Assembly (NCBI RefSeq): GCF_022846255.1 | Contig: NZ_AP025682.1 | Strand: one strand, 5' to 3' | DNA length: 64,000 nt | Source of the DNA: Escherichia coli | Lineage (GTDB): Bacteria > Pseudomonadota > Gammaproteobacteria > Enterobacterales > Enterobacteriaceae | In this document: positions 57,062-64,000 of the stretch, one piece after another | Layout of the letters: the number at the start of each line of letters is the position of its first letter | Numbering within the stretch: position 1 is the first letter of the stretch | Position numbers and translations under genes: made by a program | Notes under the pieces: generated by a model | The model's database searches: none | Told to the model about the DNA's origin: nothing | The model's input: only the letters and a program-made list of their open reading frames with translations

Positions 57062-60000
57062 TTAGTCAAACTCCAGTTCCACCTGCTCCGAACCAATGAG
57101 GCCACGGAGATCGTTTAATAAACGATCGCTCGGAGAGACACGCCACGTCGCGCCAAAACGCAATCGCGCGCGTGCATCCGCCCTCTGATAGTAGAGATGT
57201 ACTGGAATTGTCCCAGAGCGGTGGGGTTCCAGAGACTGACGGAGTCGGTTTAAAAGCTGGTCATCAATTTGCCTGTCCGTCAGCGAGATAGCAAGCCCGC
57301 GAGCATATTTTTCCCGGGCTTCGTCAATATCCATCACTTCGCGAGCGGTCATTTTAAGCCCACCGCTGAAGTCATCAAAGCTGACCTGTCCGCTGACGAT
57401 AAGTATGCGGTCTTTTTCCAGCAATTGCTGGTATTTATCCAGGGCGTCAGTAAACAACATCACTTCCAGCCGCCCGGAACGGTCATCCAGCGTGCAGATA
57501 CCGATACGATTGCCGCGCTTGGTGACCATAACCCGCGCGGCAACAACGAGCCCCGCAGCCGTGATGACTTTACCACGTTCTGTCGGGTGCATGTCTTTCA
57601 GCCTTACGCCTCCGACATAACGCTCAATCTCTTTTAAATACTGGTTGATAGGGTGTCCCGTCAGGTACAGACCTAACGTTTCACGTTCCCCATCTAATAC
57701 CACCTGCTCCGGCCACGGTTGGCAGCTGGCGTAGGATTGTTCAATTTGTTCCGGCTCTTCGGCCAGCACGCCGAACATATCGGCCTGACCGATAGCTTCC
57801 GCTTTCGCGTGTTGATCTGCCGCTTTTAACGCATCGCCCAGCGAGTTCATCAGCGCCGCGCGGTGTGGCCCAAGACGGTCAAACGCCCCGGACATGATCA
57901 GTTTTTCCAGCACCCGCCGGTTTAACTTTTTGGTGTCGGTACGGGCGCAGAGATCAAACAGTTCGCGGAAGTAGCCGCCTTTATTACGGGCTTCGATGAT
58001 GGCCTCAATCGGGCCTTCACCTACCCCTTTGATCGCGCCAATACCATACACGATTTCGCCGTCGTCGTTGACGTGGAAATGGTAAAGACCGGAGTTTATA
58101 TCTGGTGGCAGGATTTTCAGCCCCATCCGCCAGCACTCATCCACCAGGCCCACCACCTTCTCGGTGTTGTCCATATCGGCGGTCATTACCGCCGCCATAA
58201 ACTCCGCCGGATAGTGCGCTTTCAGCCATAACGTTTGATATGACACCAAAGCATAGGCCGCAGAGTGCGATTTGTTAAATCCGTAACCCGCGAATTTCTC
58301 CACCAGGTCGAAGATTTTCATCGCCAGTTCGGCGTTGATTCCGTTCTTTTCTGCACCTTCAGCAAATACAGAACGCTGCTTAGCCATCTCTTCCGGCTTT
58401 TTCTTACCCATCGCACGACGCAGCATATCCGCGCCACCGAGGGTATAACCAGAAAGCACCTGGGCAATCTGCATGACCTGTTCCTGATACAGGATGATGC
58501 CGTAGGTTGGCTCCAGTACCGGTTTCAGGCTTTCATGCTGCCACTGCACGTCCGGATAGGAGATCTCTTCGCGACCATGTTTACGGTCGATAAAGTTATC
58601 CACCATCCCTGATTGCAACGGACCGGGGCGGAAAAGTGCCACCAGTGCGATCATATCTTCGAAGCAGTCAGGTTGCAGACGCTTGATTAGGTCTTTCATG
58701 CCGCGCGATTCAAGCTGGAATACCGCCGTGGTTTCCGAGCGTTGCAGCATGTCGAAGCTTTTCTTGTCATCCAGCGGGATCGCGGCGATATCCAGAGGCG
58801 GCTCGCCATTCTTCGCCCGCCGCTTGTTGATCATCTCCAGCGCCCAGTTGATGATGGTGAGCGTACGCAAACCAAGGAAGTCGAACTTCACCAGTCCGGC
58901 GTATTCAACGTCGCTTTTATCAAACTGGGTGACCGGATGTTTGCCCTCTTCATCGCAGTAAAGCGGCGCAAAATCGGTAATTTTGGTCGGTGCGATAACC
59001 ACCCCACCGGCGTGCTTACCGGCGTTACGGGTGACCCCTTCCAGTTTGCGCGCCATGTCGATCAGCGCCTTAACTTCTTCATCCGCTTCGTAGATTTCCG
59101 GCAGCTGCGGCTCGGCTTCAAACGCTTTCGCCAGCGTCATCCCCGGATCGGGCGGGATCAGTTTCGAGATACGGTCGACAAAGCCGTACGGATGCCCCAG
59201 CACGCGGCCTACGTCGCGGATCACCGCTTTCGCCGCCATCGTACCGAAGGTGATAATCTGCGATACCGCATCACGACCGTACATGTCCGCTACGTGCTCG
59301 ATAACCTGGTCGCGTTTCTCCATACAGAAGTCAACGTCGAAGTCAGGCATGGAGACACGTTCCGGGTTAAGGAAACGTTCGAACAGCAGGTCAAATTCCA
59401 GCGGATCGAGATCGGTGATTTTTAACGCGTAGGCCACCAGTGACCCTGCACCAGAACCACGGCCTGGCCCTACCGGTACACCGTTATCTTTCGACCACTG
59501 GATAAATTCCATAACGATGAGGAAGTAACCCGGGAAGCCCATCTGGTTGATAACCTGAAGTTCAGTATCCAGACGTTCGTCATATTCCGGGCGGCGCTTA
59601 ACACGTTCTTCCTCGTCAGGGAATAAAAAGGCCAGACGCTGTTCCAGGCCCTCTTTTGCACGCTTGACCAGATAATCTTCGGTGCTCATGTCCCCGGTCG
59701 GGAACTGCGGCAGGAAGTATTCACCAAGGCGCACGGTCACGTTACAGCGTTTGGCGATCTCAACGGTGTTGGCAAGGGCTTCGGGGATGTCGGCAAACAG
59801 CTCACACATCTCCTCTTCGCTACGCATATATTGCTGCGGCGAATAGTTACGAGGGCGTTTAGGATCGTCGAGGGTAAAGCCGTCGTGGATCGCGACGCGG
59901 ATTTCGTGTGCGTCAAAGTCGCTGCTGTCGATAAAGCGCACGTCGTTGGTCGCCACGACGGGCAAACCGCGCGCTTCCGCCAGTTCCACCGCCGCGTGCA

Positions 60001-60544
60001 GATAGCTTTCTTCATCCGGCCTGCCGGTGCGGATCAGCTCGAGAAAATAGCGATCCGGGAAGTGTTCTTCATAAAACGCGACACACTCATCTACCAGCGC
60101 GCTGTTACCACGCAAAAGACTGCGTCCAACGTCGCCCATGCGCCCGCCGGAAAGAAGGATCAACCCTTCGTTTAATTCGATAAGCCAGTCGCGATCGATG
60201 ATCGGCCCGGCGGCACCGTACCCGCGCTGATACGCTTTTGAGATCAGCAACGTCAGATTCTGATAGCCGGTATTGTTCGCCGCCAGCACCGTCAGGTGGG
60301 TTAACTCATCACCCAGCAGGTCACACTGGACATTAAAATCTGCCCCGACGATAGGCTTAATCCCTGCGCCATGTCCCGCTCCGTAGAACTTCACCAGACC
60401 ACAAAGGTTGGTGAAATCGGTGATCGCCAGTGCTGGCATACCCAACGCCGCCGCCTTTTTTACCAGCGGTGCGGTTTTGGCCAGGCCATCGATCATCGAG
60501 TAGTCGCTGTGCACCCGCAGGTGTACGAAACGTGGTTCAGACAT
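57062..60544 (-). CDS. dnaE: DNA polymerase III alpha subunit
   Basis: 1160 aa; [23 protein letters not shown] (PHP domain) and synteny. Confidence 0.95.
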   Translation of the reverse strand: MSEPRFVHLRVHSDYSMIDGLAKTAPLVKKAAALGMPALAITDFTNLCGLVKFYGAGHGAGIKPIVGADFNVQCDLLGDELTHLTVLAANNTGYQNLTLLISKAYQRGYGAAGPIIDRDWLIELNEGLILLSGGRMGDVGRSLLRGNSALVDECVAFYEEHFPDRYFLELIRTGRPDEESYLHAAVELAEARGLPVVATNDVRFIDSSDFDAHEIRVAIHDGFTLDDPKRPRNYSPQQYMRSEEEMCELFADIPEALANTVEIAKRCNVTVRLGEYFLPQFPTGDMSTEDYLVKRAKEGLEQRLAFLFPDEEERVKRRPEYDERLDTELQVINQMGFPGYFLIVMEFIQWSKDNGVPVGPGRGSGAGSLVAYALKITDLDPLEFDLLFERFLNPERVSMPDFDVDFCMEKRDQVIEHVADMYGRDAVSQIITFGTMAAKAVIRDVGRVLGHPYGFVDRISKLIPPDPGMTLAKAFEAEPQLPEIYEADEEVKALIDMARKLEGVTRNAGKHAGGVVIAPTKITDFAPLYCDEEGKHPVTQFDKSDVEYAGLVKFDFLGLRTLTIINWALEMINKRRAKNGEPPLDIAAIPLDDKKSFDMLQRSETTAVFQLESRGMKDLIKRLQPDCFEDMIALVALFRPGPLQSGMVDNFIDRKHGREEISYPDVQWQHESLKPVLEPTYGIILYQEQVMQIAQVLSGYTLGGADMLRRAMGKKKPEEMAKQRSVFAEGAEKNGINAELAMKIFDLVEKFAGYGFNKSHSAAYALVSYQTLWLKAHYPAEFMAAVMTADMDNTEKVVGLVDECWRMGLKILPPDINSGLYHFHVNDDGEIVYGIGAIKGVGEGPIEAIIEARNKGGYFRELFDLCARTDTKKLNRRVLEKLIMSGAFDRLGPHRAALMNSLGDALKAADQHAKAEAIGQADMFGVLAEEPEQIEQSYASCQPWPEQVVLDGERETLGLYLTGHPINQYLKEIERYVGGVRLKDMHPTERGKVITAAGLVVAARVMVTKRGNRIGICTLDDRSGRLEVMLFTDALDKYQQLLEKDRILIVSGQVSFDDFSGGLKMTAREVMDIDEAREKYARGLAISLTDRQIDDQLLNRLRQSLEPHRSGTIPVHLYYQRADARARLRFGATWRVSPSDRLLNDLRGLIGSEQVELEFD

Positions 60545-60580
60545 CTTCAGATTCCGGTTTACTTAATCTCGACACAAGAA

Positions 60581-61177
60581 TCAGGACGCAAGTCCCAGTG
60601 CGCGTTTGACAGGCCCAAAGCTGCGACGATGATGTTCAGTCGCGCCATATTCAGCCAGTTTTTCCAGATGAAAAGCGGTTGGATACCCTTTATGTTGGGC
60701 AAAACCATATTGCGGGAAAACAATATCCAGCGCCGCCATTTCGGCGTCACGCGTCACTTTCGCCAGGATAGACGCGGCACTGATTTCCGGTACGCGGCTA
60801 TCGCCTTTCACCACAGCCATTGAAGGCATCGGTAATTTCGGGCAGCGGTTACCATCAATCAACACATATTCCGGCGCAATATGCAGTCCAGCGACGGCAC
60901 GCTGCATCGCCAGCATGGTCGCATGTAAAATATTCAGTTCGTCGATTTCGTGAGGTTCCGCGCGGCCCAGACTCCAGCTCAACGCTTTCTCTTTGATCTC
61001 TTCACAGAGCGCCAGACGGCGTTTTTCGCTCAGCTTTTTGGAATCATTCAGCCCGGCAATTGGGCGCGCCGGGTCAAGGATCACCGCAGCGGTGACGACC
61101 GCACCAACTAACGGCCCGCGCCCGACTTCATCCACACCCGCAACCAGCTGCGTGTGCGGATAGACAAATTCGATCAT
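60581..61177 (-). CDS. rnhB: ribonuclease HII
   Basis: 198 aa; [15 protein letters not shown] motif. Confidence 0.93.
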   Translation of the reverse strand: MIEFVYPHTQLVAGVDEVGRGPLVGAVVTAAVILDPARPIAGLNDSKKLSEKRRLALCEEIKEKALSWSLGRAEPHEIDELNILHATMLAMQRAVAGLHIAPEYVLIDGNRCPKLPMPSMAVVKGDSRVPEISAASILAKVTRDAEMAALDIVFPQYGFAQHKGYPTAFHLEKLAEYGATEHHRRSFGPVKRALGLAS

Positions 61178-62322
61178 TGTGCTAACTCCAGAACGGCTTG
61201 TGCCGCCTGCTCATCGGCATTGCAGCGGATCTGCTGATGCAGCTCGCGGAAGGTGTCGTGCATCGCATGGCTGGTTTTCCCGTTCGCCAACAGCGGTAAC
61301 AGCGCCGCAGCCAATTTTTGCGGCTCACACTCTTCCTGCAATAACTCTTTGACTAACTCTCTGCCCGCCAGCAGATTTGGCAGCGAGACATAATCAGTTT
61401 TCACCAGTCGCTTCGCCAGCCAGAAGGTGAAAGGCTTCATGCGATATCCCACTACCATCGGGCATTTAGCCAGCATACACTCCAGTGCTGCCGTACCCGA
61501 CGCCAGTAGCGCCGCATCACTGGCGACCATCGCCTCACGGCCCATTCCATCCAGCATATGAACCGACAGGTCTGGCGCGACTGCAGCTTTGATGCGTTCA
61601 AACTGCTCGCGGCGTTTGGCATTCACCAGCGGCACCACGATTTCGAGATCCGGATATGTCTGGCGCAAAAGCTGGGCCGTTTTCAGGAAATCGGCACTAA
61701 GCATTTCGACTTCTGCACCACGGCTGCCCGGCAACAATGCCAGACAGTGGGCATCGTGAGGGATCCCCAGCACATCACGGGCACCATTTTTATCTGGATC
61801 TAATGGCATGGCATCAGCCATGGTATGACCGATAAAGCGGCACGGTACGTTGTATTTGTCATAAAACGCTTTTTCGAAAGGCAGAAATGCGAGCACCAGA
61901 TCGGTGGCTCTGCCTATTTTGAAAACGCGTTTCTGTCGCCACGCCCAGACGGACGGACTGACGTAATGAATGGTTTTGATACCCTGCTTTTTGAGGTTAC
62001 CTTCAAGAGTAATATTGAAGTCTGGCGCATCAATACCGACAAAAACATCTGGCTTCAGTTCGCCAAAACGCTTTGTCAGATCGGCACGAATATGCAGTAA
62101 GCGACGCAGACGCCCGAGCACTTCAACAATGCCCATCACTGCCAGTTCTTCCATTTCGTACCAGGCTTCGCAGCCTTCAGCCTGCATTCGTGGCCCGGCA
62201 ACACCAACAAAGCGGGCGTTGGGCACACGTTCTTTCAGAGCGCGGATTAAACCGGCCCCCAGGATATCGCCGGAGGTTTCTCCGGCGACCAGGGCAATCG
62301 TTAATGGACGCTGTTCAGTCAT
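61174..62322 (-). CDS. lpxB: lipid-A-disaccharide synthase
   Basis: 382 aa; synteny lpxA-lpxB-rnhB. Confidence 0.93.
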   Translation of the reverse strand: MTEQRPLTIALVAGETSGDILGAGLIRALKERVPNARFVGVAGPRMQAEGCEAWYEMEELAVMGIVEVLGRLRRLLHIRADLTKRFGELKPDVFVGIDAPDFNITLEGNLKKQGIKTIHYVSPSVWAWRQKRVFKIGRATDLVLAFLPFEKAFYDKYNVPCRFIGHTMADAMPLDPDKNGARDVLGIPHDAHCLALLPGSRGAEVEMLSADFLKTAQLLRQTYPDLEIVVPLVNAKRREQFERIKAAVAPDLSVHMLDGMGREAMVASDAALLASGTAALECMLAKCPMVVGYRMKPFTFWLAKRLVKTDYVSLPNLLAGRELVKELLQEECEPQKLAAALLPLLANGKTSHAMHDTFRELHQQIRCNADEQAAQAVLELAQ

Positions 62323-63110
62323 TAACGAATCAGACCGCGCGTTGAGCGTGCAAAGAAATCGGTAAAGGCTTTCACTTCCGGATATGTTTCCGCCAGTTCA
62401 GCAATTTCCGGTTTCACTTCATCGAGCGTTTTACCGCTACGATAAATTAGCTTATACGCATTGCGGATAGCGGTAATCGCCTCACGGCTGAATCCGCGGC
62501 GCTTCAGCCCTTCGATATTGACACCGAACGGCGTTGCGTGGTTACCCTGCGCAATGACATAAGGAGGGACATCCTGCGCCACACCGGAGCAGCCGCCAAC
62601 CATCACATGCGCACCAATGATGCAGAACTGATGGACTGCGGTCATGCCGCCGATAATCGCGAAGTCGTCAACCGATACGTGACCCGCCAGCGTTGCGTTG
62701 TTGGCGAGGATGCAGCGGTTACCTACCGTACAATCGTGCGCAATGTGCGCATTGATCATCAGTAAGTTGTCGCTGCCCACCTTCGTCAATCCACCGCCCT
62801 GGACTGTGCCACGATGAATGGTGACGCTTTCGCGAATGCGGTTACGATCGCCGATTTCCACGCGGGTCGGTTCGCCAGCATATTTCAGATCCTGGTTAAC
62901 TTCGCCGATGGAGGCGAACTGATAAATCTCATTATCGCGGCCAATTTTAGTATGACCATTCACGACAACGTGAGATTTCAGTACGGTACCCTCACCAATT
63001 TCGACATGGGGTCCAACGATACAAAAAGGACCAATGTGAGCGTTCGCGCCAATCGACGCGCCCTCTTCCACAATGGCGGTTGGATGCACAAAGGCGGATT
63101 TATCAATCAC
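62322..63110 (-). CDS. lpxA: UDP-N-acetylglucosamine acyltransferase
   Basis: 262 aa; left-handed beta-helix hexapeptide repeats; [18 protein letters not shown]. Confidence 0.95.
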
Positions 63111-63113
63111 GTA

Positions 63114-63569
63114 TCAGGCCTCCCGGCTACGAGCACACATCATCGTTGCTTCGCAAACTACTTTACCGTCGACCAGAGCAACCCCTTTAAAACGGGTCAG
63201 GCCGCGGCGCGTTTTTTCGAAAGTGACTTCCATGATCATTTGATCGCCAGGCACGACCGGGCGCTTAAAGCGCGCTTCGTCAATACCGGCGAAGTAGTAC
63301 AGCTCACCCGGTTCCAGTTTTCCTACGCTTTTAAACGCCAGAATACCTGTTGCCTGTGCCATTGCTTCCAGAATCAGCACACCCGGGAAAATCGGTTTTC
63401 CAGGGAAATGGCCCTGGAAGAATGGCTCATTGACAGAGACATTTTTTACTGCGCGCAGAAAACGACCTTCTTCAAAATCCAGCACGCGATCCACCAGTAA
63501 GAACGGGAAACGGTGCGGCAGAAGTTCTAAAATCTCTTCAATCTGCAGAGTATGAGTGTTAGTAGTCAA
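63114..63569 (-). CDS. fabZ: 3-hydroxyacyl-ACP dehydratase FabZ
   Basis: Translation from a TTG start gives (M)[28 protein letters not shown]...; the longer track ORF is an upstream read-through. Confidence 0.92.
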
Positions 63570-63673
63570 GATACTCTTCCTGTCAAAATATAAGAAACGA
63601 CAATAATAACACGGCCTGCCGCAATCGTAAGAATGAGACAGGCCGTAAAGTTTGGCGAACAAAAGATGGAACG

Positions 63674-64000
63674 TTAGTCTTGTTGATTAACCTTGCGCTC
63701 AAGCGATTTCAGACGCTTGCTCATGTCATCAATGTTCATCACCAGTGCAGCGGTTTTGCGCCAGACTTTGTTGGGTTGCAGCGGAATGCCTGAGGAATAG
63801 ACGCCTGGTTCAGTGATGGGACGCATCACCATACCCATGCCCGTAACCGTCACTTTGTCGCATATTTCCATATGCCCGTTGATTACGCTGGCTCCGCCGA
63901 TCATGCAGTAACGACCAATTTTCAGGCTGCCCGCCATAATGACGCCACCGGCAACTGCCGTATTGTCGCCAATCACGACGTTATGTGCAATCTGGCACTG
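63674..64000 (-). CDS. lpxD: UDP-3-O-acylglucosamine N-acyltransferase LpxD, 3' portion (gene continues past the window end)
   Basis: C-terminal hexapeptide-repeat region; synteny upstream of fabZ. Confidence 0.85.

Noticed and set aside
63114-63662. Extended 182-aa form of fabZ in the ORF track
   Set aside because: The upstream 31 codons are read-through of the lpxD-fabZ spacer; the conserved FabZ N-terminus begins at a TTG codon (63567-63569).

Overview
This window reads as an Escherichia coli-type chromosome, in reverse orientation relative to the K-12 map. No database search was run; all calls rest on reading the translated ORFs, recalled motifs and synteny.

Positions 1-28.4 kb are an accessory island abutting tRNA-Asp (aspV). 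It carries a type VI secretion system (T6SS) with tssA, tssB, tssC, tssE, tssF, tssG, tssJ, tssK, tssL (OmpA-fused), tssM, hcp, clpV, tagF, tagJ and an FHA-like gene. No vgrG or PAAR gene is visible inside the window. Interleaved with the core genes are at least six small candidate effector/immunity modules: Tae4 with a tandem-duplicated Tai4, a Tlde1-like L,D-transpeptidase-fold protein, a GH73-like glucosaminidase, an M15/LAS-like zinc peptidase, an HExxH protein, and one pair with no recognisable motif. The island's left end is a decayed ISAs1 (H-repeat) transposase gene.

The most unusual structure is a roughly 105-bp degenerate copy of the tagF 3' end lying downstream of the GH73-like cassette, which looks like a recombination scar from effector-cassette exchange.

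Positions 28.5-64 kb are conserved core genome: dnaQ, rnhA, yafS, gloB, mltD, yafE, yafD, yafC, dkgB, the rrnH operon (16S, tRNA-Ile, tRNA-Ala, 23S, 5S, tRNA-Asp) with its P1/P2 promoters, gmhB, metNIQ, rcsF, tsaA, proS, yaeF, nlpE, arfB, yaeQ, yaeP, rof, tilS, yaeR, ldcC, accA, dnaE, rnhB, lpxB, lpxA, fabZ and the 3' part of lpxD. Nothing in the core part looked unusual.
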